Under the pieces are notes generated by a model. The model was given only the letters and a program-made list of their open reading frames with translations. It searched no databases and was not told where the DNA came from. The translations under genes were made by a program, and so were the position numbers. 64,000 nucleotides of DNA from Malacoraja senta (taxonomy: Eukaryota), in the NCBI GenBank assembly GCA_038087875.1, contig CM075999.1:3474001-3538000 (forward strand). The letters run 5' to 3'. Positions 1-11,761 of the stretch are shown in pieces; positions within the stretch are counted from its first letter, which is position 1; the number at the start of each line of letters is the position of its first letter.

Positions 1-1848
1 CTTAAGGAAGTAGCTCCAGAAATAGTGGATGCATTAGTAATAATCTTTCAAAACTCTTTAGATTCTGGAGTAGTTCCTGAGGATTGGTGGGTAGCAAACG
101 TAACCCCACTTTTTAAGAAGGGAGGGAGAGAGAAAACGGGGATTTACAGACCAGTTAGTCTAACATCGGTAGTGGGGAAACTGCTAGAGTCAGTTATTAA
201 AGATGGGATAGCAGCACATTTGGAAAGTGGTGAAATCATTGGACAAAGTCAGCATGGATTTACGAAAGGTAAATCATGTCTGACGAATCTTATAGAATTT
301 TTCGAGGATGTAACTAGTAGAGTGGATAGGGAGAACCAGTGGATGTGGCGTATCTGGACTTCCAGAAGGCTTTCGACAAGGTCCCACATAAGAGATTAGT
401 ATACAAACTTAAAGCACATGGCATTGGGGGTTCAGTATTGATGTGGATAGAGAACTGGCTGGCAAACAGGAAGCAAAGAGTAGGAGTAAACGGGTCCTTT
501 TCACAATGGCAGGCAGTGACTAGTGGGGTACCGCAAGGCTCAGTGCCGGGACCCCAGCTATTTACAATATATATTAATGATCTGGATGAGGGAATTGAAG
601 GCAATATCTCCAAGTTTGCGGATGACACTAAGCTGGGGGGCAGTGTTAGCTGTGAGGAGATACTTAAGGATAAGGGGGAAATCCTTTAAGACCGAGATGA
701 GGAAAAACTTTTTCACACAGAGAGTGGTGAATCTCTGGAATTCTCTGCCACAGAAGGTAGTTGAGGCCAGTTCATTGGCTATATTTAAGAGGGAGTTAGA
801 TGTGGCCCTTGTGGCTAAAGGGATCAGGGGGTATGGAGAGAAGGCAGGTACGGGATACTGAGTTGGATGATCAGCCATGATCATATTGAATGGCGGTGCA
901 GGCTCGAAGGGCCGAATGGCCTATTCCTGCACCTATTTTCTATGTATCTATGTATCTAGGAGGATGCTAGGAGACTGCAAGGTGACTTGGATAGGCTGGG
1001 TGAGAGGGCAAATGTTTAGCAGATGCAGTATAATGTGGATAAATGTGAGATTAACCATTTTGGTGGCAAAAACAGGAAAGCAGACTATTATCTAAATGGT
1101 GGCCGATTAGGAAATGGGGAGATGCAGCGAGACCTGGGTGTCATGGTACACCAGTCATTGAAAGTAGGCATGCAGGTGCAGCAGGCAGTGAAGAAAGCGA
1201 ATGGTATGTTAGCTTTCATAGCAAAAGGATTTGAGTATAGGAGCAGGGAGGTTCTACTGCAGTTGTACAGGGTCTTGGTGAGACCACACCTGGAGTATTA
1301 CGTACAGTTTTGGTCTCCAAATCTGAGGAAGGACATTATTGCCATAGAGGGAGTGCAGAGAAGGTTCACCAGACGGATTCCTGGGATGTCAGGACTGTCT
1401 TATGAAGAATGACTGGATAGACTTGGTTTATACTCTCTAGAATTTAGGAGATTGAGAGGGGATCTTATAGAAACTTACAAGATTCTTATGGGGTTGGACA
1501 GGCTAGATGCAGGAAGATTGCTCCCGATGTTGGGGAAGTCCAGGACAAGGGGTCACAGCTTAAGGATAAGGGGGAAATCTTTTAAAACCGAGATGAGAAG
1601 AACTTTTTCCACACAGAGAGTGGTGAATCTCTGGAACTCTCTGCCACAGAGGGTAGTCGAGGCCAGTTCATTGGCTATATTTAAGAGGGAGTTAGATGTG
1701 GCCCTTGTGGCTAAAGGGATCAGAGGGTATGGAGAGAAGGCAGGTACGGGATACTGAGTTGGATGATCAGCCATGATCATATTGAATGGCGGTGCAGGCT
1801 CGAAGGGCCGAATGGCCTACTCCTGCACCTAATTTCTATGTTTCTATG
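1..1848 (+). mobile_element. CR1 LINE, RT domain and 3' end, degenerate (runs off the left edge; interrupted at 660-957)
   Basis: ORF fragments [61 protein letters not shown]; frameshift near 333, stop at 1410-1412; GGCCGAATGGCC hairpin and (TTTCTATG)n tail. Confidence 0.95.
660..957 (+). mobile_element. 5'-truncated CR1 3' end nested in the RT of another CR1
   Basis: Sequence matches 1561-1848; AGGAG duplicated at 655-659 and 958-962; the host RT continues across the insert. Confidence 0.9.
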
Positions 1849-2064
1849 ATCCTGACCTCGGGTGCTGGCTGTGTGGAGTTTGCACGTTCTCCCTGTGACT
1901 CCGGATGCTCCGGTTTCCTCCCACATCTCAAAGATCGCCCCTCTGTAAGTTGCCCCTCGTGTGCAGGGAGTGGATGCAAAAGTGGGATAGCATGAAACTA
2001 GTGTGAACAGGTGATCGATGGTGGGTGGGCCGAAGAGCCTGTTTCCATGCTGTATCTCTAAACT
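1847..2064 (+). mobile_element. HE1-like V-SINE, 5'-truncated
   Basis: V-domain GGAGTTTGCACGTTCTCCCTGTG..CTCCGGTTTCCTCCCAC and GGGCCGAAG..CTCTAAACT tail. Confidence 0.85.
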
Positions 2065-2130
2065 GATCTCCAAAGTCTATGTTCTATGTTAGAGTATTGG
2101 GTATGTTGAAGGCGCAGATTGACAGATTCT

Positions 2131-2360
2131 CCGAGACTGTTCCACAACCAACTCTGTAACTGCCCCATCTCTGTGACCCCCCCTGCCCTCCTCCCCTCCC
2201 CCAGCCCTCGGGCTCCTTCTCCGCCTTTTTCCTTTTTTCCTTTCTTCTCCCCACCCCCTATCAGTCTGAAGAAGGGTTTCGGCCCGAAACGTTGCCTATT
2301 TCCTTCGCTCCATAGATGCTGCTGCACCCGCTGAGTTTCTCCAGCATTTTTGTGTACCTT
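2131..2360 (+). mobile_element. Penelope-like element 3' terminal repeat (pLTR) fragment
   Basis: Similar to the reverse complement of 14299-14490, which directly follows the RT/GIY-YIG ORF; flanked by TTGACAGATTCT (2119-2130, 2360-2371). Confidence 0.8.
2266..2293 (+). ncRNA. Minimal hammerhead ribozyme motif (PLE type)
   Basis: CTGAAGA A GGGT-TTCG-GCCC GAAAC GTT: catalytic core boxes, 4-bp stem II with UUCG loop, palindromic ACGT stem III, GUU triplet. Confidence 0.65.
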
Positions 2361-2378
2361 TGACAGATTCTTGATTAG

Positions 2379-2622
2379 GTAGACAAAATTGCCGGAGAAA
2401 CTCAGCGGGTGCGGCAGCATCTATGGAGCGAAGGAAATAGGCAACGTTTCGGGCCGAACCCCTTCAGGAAGGAAATAGGTAACGTTTCGGGCCGAAACCC
2501 TTCAGGGTTTCGTCCCGAAAAGTTGCCTATTTCCTTCGCTCCATAGATGCTGCTGCACCCGCTGAGTTTCTCCAGCAATTTTGTCTACCTTTGATTCTCC
2601 AGCATCTGCAGTTCCTTCTTGA
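2379..2622. mobile_element. Fold-back PLE-pLTR insertion
   Basis: Inverted arms meet at the ribozyme motif; 16-bp TSD ACAGATTCTTGATTAG at 2363-2378 and 2623-2638. Confidence 0.85.
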
Positions 2623-2950
2623 ACAGATTCTTGATTAGTGTGGGTGCAAGGTAAAGCCAGCAAAGTCCGATCAAGGATAGTCCGAGGGTAGTCTGCCAAT
2701 GCATGCAGACACAGAGAAGATGCAAGCAGGCTTGCTGGGAGATATAATGCTGCCGGAACACACTCTCAGTCTCGGCAAGGCTTGCTTGTAGATGCGAGGC
2801 GGTTTGTGAAGAGAGAGAGAGCTCTGCATATATCTGCAGGCTTTCAAAGGGAAAGTGACACAGCTGTCTCTGGACAGCCTGCAAATTGCCTTCAGCTGAG
2901 GAAAGCTATTCCCTGCAGCAAGGTGCAGGCATGGGCTGTTCACAGGAGAT

Positions 2951-3177
2951 GTATAGGAAGCTAAGCGCAGATGCTGGTTTAAACCCAAGGATAGACACAA
3001 AAAGCTGGAGTAACCCAGCGGGACAGGCAGCATCTCTGGAGAGAAGGAATGGGTGGCGTTTCGGGTCGAGGCCCTACTTCAGACTAAGGGTCTCAACCCG
3101 AAACGTCTCCCATTCCATCTCTCCAGAGATTCTGCCTGTCCCGCTGGGTTACTCCAGCTTTTTTGTGTCTATCTTCA
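2951..3177. mobile_element. Fold-back PLE-pLTR insertion
   Basis: Inverted arms meet at about 3085; TSD GCTGYTCACAGGAGAT at 2935-2950 and 3178-3193. Confidence 0.85.
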
Positions 3178-3715
3178 GCTGCTCACAGGAGATAGTTTGT
3201 CTCAACGGCTCAGTCCAGCGACTACCCGAGGGGTCACAGGCTGGAGCGGGAAACCGGGGAGGGGAGGGTGCATTTAATCAGGAAGGAGATGAGGAGGAAT
3301 TTCTTCAGCCAGAGGGTGATGAATCTGTGGAATTGATTGCCACGGATGGCTGTGGAGGCCAAGTCAGTGGATATTTTTCAGGCAGAGATTGACTGATTCT
3401 TGTTTAGTGCGGATGTCAGAGGTTATAGGGAAATCAGAGCCGGCACCAATGACCAAGGATAGGTGGAGACCACAATGGTCCATTGTTGGCTGGGGAAGTG
3501 GTGATAATGAAGGGATGAGAACAGTGAAACTGGCGAGACAACTGGGTGGGGGGAGGGGGGTAAGGGGGGGGGGGGCGAACGGACAGGGGATGCAGCGGTT
3601 ACTTGAAATTAGATAAATCAAAATTCATAACGTTGGGTTGCAAGTTGCCCAGGCAAAATATATTAGCAGAGGAAAATGGTGTGTGGACAAGTGAATGTGT
3701 GCGGGAGGGTAACAC

Positions 3716-4008
3716 TGGGGCTGGATAGAGTGGATGTGGAGAGGATGTTTCCACTAGTGGGAGAGTCTAGGACTAGAGGACACAGCCTCAGAATTAAAGG
3801 ACATTTCTTTAGGAAAGAGATGAGGAGGAATTTCTTTAGTCAGAGGGTGGTGAATCTGTGGAATTCATTGCAACAGAAGGCTGTGGAGGTCAAGTCAGTG
3901 GATATTTTTATGACAGAGATTGATAGATTCTTGATTAGTATGGGTGTCAGGGGTTATGGGGAGAAGGCAGGAGAATGGGGTTAGGAGGGAGAGATAGATC
4001 AGCCATGA
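3716..4008 (+). mobile_element. CR1 3' fragment (second subfamily)
   Basis: GLDRVDVERMFPLVGESRTRGHSL..FFSQRVVNLWNSL. Confidence 0.9.
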
Positions 4009-4853
4009 TCCCCTCCCACCCGTGACCTGGCTGTTTCATTGGTCTGCTCTTCAAAATTAGACTGTTTCCAACCCTACTCTACCCTCCCTTGTAAAACTGA
4101 TCACCACCATGAAACCTACTACCTGCCCCCTCGACACTGTCCCCTCTGCCCTCCTAAAGGACGTCATTACAACAGCTGGTCCCAGCATCCTCGCCATCTT
4201 CAAGAGCTCTCTGGCCACTGGCACTGCACCTACCTGCTTCAAGCATGCGGTGGTCCAACCACTCCTGAAAAAACCTAACCTCGACCCCACCTTGCCAAGC
4301 AACTACAGACCCATTTCTAAACTGCCTTTCCTCTCAAAAGCCCTTGAAAAGTCATTTTAAGTCAACTTATACCTTACCTTCACCAAAACACTATCTTGGA
4401 AACTTTCCAATCAGGTTTCAGTTCTCACCACAGCACAGAGTCTGCCTTGTTGAAGGTACACAATGACCTACTGCTCACCGTTGACTCCGGCGACTGTGCA
4501 ATCCTGCTCCTTCTTGACCTCAGCGCAGCATTTGATACTGTCGACCACACCATCCTAATTGACCGTCTCCGGTATGGGGTTGGTATTGATGGCACTGCCC
4601 TGAGCTGGTTCATCTCTGACCTCAAAGGTAGGAGTTTCTCGACTAACATAGGCAACTCTTTCTCCTCCCCAGCTAATCTCTGCTGTGGGGTTCCACAAGG
4701 TTCCATCCTTGGCCCCATTCTCTTCTCCCAGTATATGCTCCCCTTAGGCCAAGTCATTGAAAGGCACGGCATTTCCTTCCATTGCTACGCAGACGATACA
4801 CAACTCTATCTCCCCCTGAAGCCCAAAAACCAATCAAATCTGTTTAACCTTAC
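4009..4853 (+). mobile_element. L2-clade LINE RT fragment, cut off by the assembly gap
   Basis: KPTTCPLD, PLLKKPNLDP..NYRPISKLPFLSK, FQSGF..HSTESAL, LLDLSAAFDTVDH, GVPQGSILGP, YADDTQLY; frameshift near 4355. Confidence 0.9.
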
Positions 4854-5053
4854 NNNNNNNNNNNNNNNNNNNNNNNNNNNNNNNNNNNNNNNNNNNNNNN
4901 NNNNNNNNNNNNNNNNNNNNNNNNNNNNNNNNNNNNNNNNNNNNNNNNNNNNNNNNNNNNNNNNNNNNNNNNNNNNNNNNNNNNNNNNNNNNNNNNNNNN
5001 NNNNNNNNNNNNNNNNNNNNNNNNNNNNNNNNNNNNNNNNNNNNNNNNNNNNN
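4854..5053. other. Assembly gap (200 N)
   Basis: Run of exactly 200 N. Confidence 1.
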
Positions 5054-5776
5054 GAGGAGGTAGTTGTGGCATGTACTATTGCAATGTTTAAGAAACATTT
5101 TGACAGGTACATGGATAGGACAAGTTTGGAGGGATAGGGGCCAACGCAGGCAGTGGACCAGTGTTGATGGCGCATGTTGGTTGGCGAGGGCAAGTGGGGC
5201 CGAAGGGCCAGTTTCAACGCTGAATCACTCTATAGCTTTATAGTCCGAACAAGGGGTCCTGACCTAAAATGTCACCGGTCCATTCCCTCCACAGATGCTG
5301 CCCGACACATTGATTCCTCCAGCACTCTGTGTTTTGCTCAAGAATCCAGCATCTGCAGTTCCTTGTGTGTTTCCGTTAATTCTACATTTGCAGGTCTTGG
5401 TATGAACTCAACTTACCATTCCAGGTCCAGTCAATGCGATAAGGTTTCACAAGGGGAGTTCCTGTACCACACAAAAAACCTCTCTTCACCTTCCCGAAAC
5501 TCTTTGTACTAGTTAAACGTGTTCATGAGTTATCACCTCTTCTGTTAAGGGCAATGATTTCTATAATTTTTATGCTTCAGCTGATTTTATACATGACTAT
5601 GACATGATCTTTGTTCCACAGAAAACAATTACAATATATCCAGCCTTACCTCATAGCCATAACTCTCCAGCTCGCCAGCATCTTCATAAATCTCTTCATC
5701 TTCCCGAGTACCATCACATCTCTCCTGTATGATGGTGGCCAGGACTATATACAGCAGGCCAGATGAGTCCCCGCAG

Positions 5777-6062
5777 GGGCGGTACGGTGGCGCAGCGGTA
5801 GAGTTGCTGCCTCACAGCGCCAGAGACCCGGGTTTGGTCCTGACTACGGGTGCTGTCTGTACGGAGTTTGCATGTTCTCTCCCTGATCTGCGTGGGTTTT
5901 CTCCGGGTGCTCCGGTTTCCTCCCACACTCCAAAGAGTGTGGGTTTGTAGACTAATTAGCATGGTAAAAATTTGTGTGTGGGATAGTGTAAGCGTACAGG
6001 GATCGCTGGTCGGCACAGACTTGATGGGCCGAAGGGCCATTTTCCGCACTGTATCTGAATAA
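5777..6062 (+). mobile_element. HE1-like V-SINE, full length
   Basis: tRNA-derived head with A box TGGCGCAGCGG and degenerate B box, V-domain, LINE-like tail. Confidence 0.9.
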
Positions 6063-6664
6063 AATGGTAATGGGAACATTTTTTACCTTCCAGCCTGGAA
6101 GAGTTGAAAGGGCTTCCAAAGTGATCCCTTAGATTTGATAGACAATAGACAATAGGTGCAGGAGCAGGCCATTCGGCCCTTCGAGCCAGCACCACCATTC
6201 AATGTGATCATGGCTGATCATCCCCAATCAGAACCCCGTTCCTGCCTTCTCCCCATATCCCCCGACTCCGCTATTTTTAAGCAAAATAAAGACTCATCTT
6301 TATTTTGATGAGTAATATATTGATCCATGAATCCACCTGCAAATAAACTGCTGTGAAAGGAGCTCAGTGCAATATCATCATAGACTCATAGAGTGATACA
6401 GTGTGGAAACAGGCCCTTCAGCCCAACTTGCACACACCGGCCAACATGTCCCATCAACCTAGCCCCACTTGGTCCACCACTCTCCAAACCTGCCCTATCC
6501 ATGTACCTGTCTAAATGTTTCTTAAACGTTGGGATTGGAATAAAAATAGAAAGTGCAGGCAGCATCGGTGGAGAGAGGAACACAGTGAATGTGACCCTTG
6601 GTCACAACTTGCTGAGCAGACAAGTCAGTCATAGGTTTCGGAGGGAACAGGTGAGTCAGGAGTC

Positions 6665-6872
6665 CGGTTGCCAAACACTTCAACTCCCCCTCCCATTCCC
6701 ACACTGACCTTTCTGTCCTGGGCCTCCCCCACTGCCAATTCAAATTGGAGGAACAGCACCTCATATTTCACACAGTCCGAAGAAGGGTCTCGACCCGAAG
6801 CGTCACCTATTCCTTCTCTCCAGAGATACTGCCTGGCCCACTGAGTTACTCCAACACTTGGTGTCTATCTTC
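6665..6872 (+). mobile_element. PLE GIY-YIG C-terminal fragment and pLTR
   Basis: HFNSPSHSHTDLSVLGL..LEEQHLIF followed by a degenerate ribozyme motif (CCGAAGAAGGGTCTCGACCCGAAGCGTC). Confidence 0.8.
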
Positions 6873-7142
6873 GAGTTTATTGTCATATACTGTAGGCAAG
6901 GAACAGGACAATGATATTCTTACTTGCAGCAGCTTCACGGGCCCGCTAACGCAATGACACCACAAATAAATATCTAACGATCTGGCAAATAAATGAGCAC
7001 TAATCCAGGGAGGACAACGTAACAACATCAATAGGATGACACTTTGGACATCAAAGACGGGTTGGTCAGAAAGGATAGCAAATACATGGCAGAGAGTTGA
7101 GTAAAACTTCATGAAAAGCGGTTTTGAACATTTGAGTCTGGC

Positions 7143-7430
7143 AGAGCCACTGCCTCACAGCGCCAGAGACCCCGGTTCGATCCTAACCTCGGGTGCTGTC
7201 CTTTGCTCGTTCTCCCTGTGACTGCGTGGGTTTTCTCCGGGTGCTCCGGATTCCTCCCACACTCCAAAGATGTGCGGGTTTGTAGGTTAATTGGCCCCTG
7301 GTGTGTAGGGAGTGGATGGGAAAGTAGAGTGGGATAACGTGGAGCTAGTGTGAGTGGGTGATCGCTGGTCGACATGGACTCGGTGGGCCGAAGGGCCTGT
7401 TTCCACGCTGTAACTCTAAGCTAAACTAAT
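7143..7430 (+). mobile_element. HE1-like V-SINE
   Basis: GGTTCGATCC B box, V-domain, CTAAACTAA tail. Confidence 0.85.
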
Positions 7431-7993
7431 CCGAAGAAGGGTCGCGACCTGAATAATTGATTGTCGATTCCCTCCCCTACAGGCTTCTCATTCAATGGAA
7501 GCTTGTCAAGAATGTTTGCAACTTACTGTTGATGCATTAATAACAATAATGGTGACGGCAATCTTATATGATGACAAATAAAATCAAAGAAACTTAAAAT
7601 GGCATTTGACGTAAAGGAATATGATGTGTCTTTCAGACCTGCAATTCTCAAGTGTTTAAGTGCTGAACAGAACTGGGATTGTTTTGAAATTGCACCGGCT
7701 AATTTGTAAGGATAAACTCCTCCAGTTGAAAGGGCAGGAGGTGACATTTCATCCTCTGCTTTCCCAGAATAGCTTCCTCAGCCCAGAGAGGTTTCCCTAG
7801 ACACCAGCTGAATGTCACAGCCCCCGTCTGCCAACTGCAGTACTTGCGGTGGGGGTGTCAGAGAGCCTCGGATTAATGCACCCTGCACCCGTGCATGTGA
7901 TCGCATTTCAGCTCAACCCACGGGTCAAGGTCAACGGACCATCAGTGTCGTAATCTTAACAGATCGACTCAAGGTCTCATCGTTAATCTCAGT

Positions 7994-8021
7994 CTGAAGA
8001 AGGGTCTCGACCCGAAACGTC
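7994..8021 (+). ncRNA. Minimal hammerhead ribozyme motif (PLE type)
   Basis: CTGAAGA A GGGT-CTCG-ACCC GAAAC GTC, with canonical GUC triplet. Confidence 0.7.
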
Positions 8022-8791
8022 ACCCATTCCTTCTCTCCAGAGATGCTGCCTGTCCCGCTGAGTTACTCCAGCTTTTTGTCTCGATCTTCGGTATAAATCA
8101 GCATCTGCAGTTATTTCCTCCAGCACTCACGACAATACTGTTGAACATTGCGTGTGTCAGAGTGTTGCAATGAATGCAATATGTAATCACGTATAACACG
8201 GACGCTTAGCAAAGTGGCCGATCAAATGCAATTGTAGGAAGGTTCAGATAATTACAATTTCTGGTCCATTTCAAAATGAAATGTTAGATGTTGCATTAAT
8301 TCACATCAGCTTTCAGAATTTGCAAGGAGTAAAAAGATAGCATGTCATTTGCTTAGCAACACAGTGTAAGTGTTCTTGTTTGCCTGTGACAGAGAATGAC
8401 ATATAGCATCATTAAACTGTGATGATGAACAATAAATATTGCCATTTCTCTGAGTGTTTGTAGTTGCTTGCTTGCTTGGGGTGAGGTTGGGACGGGCACA
8501 TCCCGTCATCAGACACATCTGGCCAATGCACACCCCTGGGGCACTGTGAACGAACATCTGCTCAACACTGGAGCACACTGGCAGCGCGGCGGTCAGTTGT
8601 CAAGGCAACCGTGGGTAACCTTTCCTTTCCCCCCCCCCCCTGCCCCCCCCCCTGCCCCCCCCCCCCCCCACACATTACACAATTCTAAACATAGCAAACA
8701 GCTGATTAAAATAGGAAGCAAAAGAGGTCGTGTTTTTATTGAAGTGTTAAGTCTCATCTGCACAAATGGATATCTGTTGTGGTAACCTGGG

Positions 8792-8982
8792 CGTGTAGGA
8801 TGGAACAGCAGATACAGGTTTAAACCGAGGATAGACACTAAATGCTGGAGTAACTCAGCGGGACAGGCAGCATCTCTGGAGAGCAGGAATTGGTGACGTT
8901 TTGGGTCGAGACCCTTCTTCAGATTCCGAGTCTCGACCCGAAACGTCACCCATTCCTTCGCTCCATAGATGCTGCCTGACCC
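8792..8982. mobile_element. Fold-back PLE-pLTR repeat
   Basis: Minus-strand copy to about 8924, then plus-strand copy resuming at GTCTCGACCCGAAACGTC. Confidence 0.75.
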
Positions 8983-9057
8983 ATGGTAACTTGAGTGTTG
9001 GTCCATGTTTTATTAAGAGTAGATGCTGAGGTGGATAATCCCACTGGATTACTATTA

Positions 9058-9440
9058 AAATGTCCCAGCTACGCTCGTCCCACCAGCCTGCGTTTGGTCC
9101 ATATCCCTCCAAACCTGTCCGACCCATGTACCTGTCTAACTGTTTTTTCAACGTTGGGATAGTCCCTGCCTCAACTACCTCCTCTGGCAGCTTGTTCCAT
9201 ACACCCACCACCCTTTGTGTGAAAAAGTTACCCCTCTGATTCCTATTAAATCTTTTCCCCTTCACCTTGAACCTATGTCATCTGGTCCTCGATTCACCAA
9301 CTCTGGGCAAGAGACTCTGTGCTTATACCTGATCTATTCCTCTCATGATTTTAAACACCTCTATAAGATCAGCCATCATCCTCCTAAGCTTAAAGGAATA
9401 GAGTCCGCGCCTACTCAACCTCTCCCTCTAGCTCAGACCC
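9058..9440 (-). mobile_element. CR1 3' fragment (third subfamily)
   Basis: Minus-strand KGKRFNRNQRGNFFTQRVVGVWNKLPEEVVEAG. Confidence 0.85.
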
Positions 9441-9514
9441 TCCAGCTCAGACCCTCCAGCTCAGACCCTCCAGCTCAGACCCTCTAGCTCAGACCCTCTA
9501 GCTCAGACCCTCTA
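9424..9514. repeat. 14-bp tandem repeat (CCTCYAGCTCAGAC) x about 6
   Basis: Direct inspection; lies at the 5' junction of the CR1 fragment. Confidence 0.9.
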
Positions 9515-10671
9515 TCCATGTAAACATTCTCAGTACCCTAGTAATAGGAGCGGAATTAGGCCATTCGGCCCATCGAGGCTACTCAGTCATTCAATCATGG
9601 CGGATCTATCTTTCCCTCTCAACCCCATTCTCCTGCCTTCTCCCCTCGAAACCCCTGGCACCCGTACTAATCAAGGCATCTTTCTCCAGCCTTCCAAATG
9701 ATCCTAGAAGCACAAACCCATGTTGTCGTGTTAGTTCATCATAACTACCCTGGTACTGAGCTCCAAGACAATGCTTAATGTCGACATTCCTTCACACACT
9801 TTCCCCTCTTTCCCAGGCTCATAAATTCAGAAGTTCAGAAGTTCAAGGAGCTGAATTAAACCATTCTAGTCTAGTCTAATCCACTCCACCATTCAATCAT
9901 GGCTGATCTATTTTTCCATATATATATATATGGATCTTCTCTCCAGAGATGCTGCCTGTCCCGCTGAGTTACTCCAGCATTTTGTGTCTATCTTTCTCTC
10001 CCAATCCCATTCTCCTGCCTTCTCCCCGTAAACCATATCAAGTCTACTCCGGCATTTAATCATGGCTGATCTATCTCTCCCCTCGAACCCCGTTCTCCTG
10101 CCTTCTCCCCATCACCCCTGACACCCGCTCTAATCAAGAATCTGTCAATCTCCGCCTTGAAAATATCCATTGACTTGGCCTCCACAGCCTTCTGCCGAGG
10201 GACATCAGTTAATTAGCAATTAAAGTGAATGAGCTCGTGGGGAGAGGATGGCTCTGATGCTGCGCTGTGGTCCTTCCTCCCAGCTCACCTGAAGGGAGTC
10301 TGGGTACTAATTAGGTTTTGCCACGTGATGTGGACTCACTCTGTACTTGAAACATCCCCCTCCCCCCCCCCCCCACATCAATGAGTGATTAGACCACGAT
10401 ATTGTGTCAATCCAGGAAAAAGTCATTGAAATTACAGACGCAGGCAGCATAAATTCAGTCTTTGCATTATTTTTATAAACGCAGTCATCTGGAAATCAAT
10501 GAAGTTTGACTCACGAGTCAGGTATGATTTTGTCTACATTTCTCGGGGGGGAAATTGCAGAGTTAGACAGACATTAGAGCAAGGAGTGGCTGTGGTGTGT
10601 GTGTGTGGGGGGGGGGGTGGTGGCTAGCATAGCCACAGTGGGCAGAGTGGCCTCCTCCTGCACTACAACCA

Positions 10672-10950
10672 AGTTTAGTTTAGAGATACCGAGCTAAAAC
10701 AGGCCCTTCGGCCCACCGAGTCCATGCCGACCAGCGATCCCTGTACACTAACTCACTATTCTACACACACTGGGGACAATTTACAATTATACCAAAGCCA
10801 ATTAACCTACAAACCTGCACATCTTTGGATTGTGGGAGAAATCCGAAGCACCCGGAGGAATCCTATGTGGTAATGGGGAGAACGTACAAACTCCGTACAG
10901 ACAACACCCATAGTCAGGTTCGAACCCGGGTCTCTGGCGCCGTGAGGCAG
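10672..10950 (-). mobile_element. HE1-like V-SINE
   Basis: Reverse complement of the SINE head, V-domain and tail. Confidence 0.85.
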
Positions 10951-11761
10951 CATGTGAAGAGGCGGGGCTGGATGAGGCATCATGATACTGGGTGCAGAGG
11001 GAGGTACAGAAGCATTAAACCTCACACCCACAAAAGGTCACTCATCCCTTTCCTCCTGAGTGTGGCGCAGCGGGTAGAGTCGCTGCCTCACAGCGCCAGG
11101 GACCCGGGTTCGATCCTGAGTACAGGTGCTGTCTGTGCGGAGTTTGTACGTTCTCCCCGTGACCCGGTTTCCTCCCACACTCCAAAGATATGCAAGTTTG
11201 ATGGTTAATTGGCTTCGGTAAAAATTGTAAATTGCCTCTAGTATGTGTAGGATAGTGCTAGTGTAGTATGCTGTATATCTGAAGATGCTAACCGACCCAC
11301 TGAGATACTCCAGCACTTTGCGTCTATCGAGCAGAGGAATACCACACAGGAAATGAACTGAACTCTTGTGTTAATTGCAGAAGGTAGAGGGTTTGGCTGA
11401 TAGATTAAATGGATTAATATTGCAATTACTTGTTAGGCTGCCATCTATTTTCAATTTGAACCTTGCAGCACATTCTCAGTTTCCCACTCTATTTCCTTCT
11501 CCATTCTGAGGTCAGTGTGATGTCTGCAGCATTAAAACATATACAGTGGCTTGGAAAAGTTTTCATACCCCTTGAACTTTTCCACATTTTGTCACGTTAC
11601 AACCACAAACGTAAATGTATTTTATTGGGATTTTATGTGATAGACCAACACAAAGTGGCGCATAATTGTGAAGTGGAAGGAAAATGATACATGGTTTTCA
11701 AATTTGTTTACAAATAAAAAACTGAAAAGTGTCGCGTGCAAAAGTATTCAGCCCCCCTGAG

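Noticed and set aside
2886..3392. Medium ORFs such as 2886-3392, 25497-25910, 41646-42110 and 42040-42702
   Set aside because: They read across patchworks of SINE, CR1, Rex and PLE fragments with no coherent domain
4806..5217. ORFs spanning N runs (also 32755-33160)
   Set aside because: Artefacts of translating through assembly gaps
5777..5850. tRNA genes at SINE heads (also 24972, 30829, 31680, 31997, 52180)
   Set aside because: A/B boxes run directly into the V-domain and LINE-like tail; no complete cloverleaf or separate Pol III terminator
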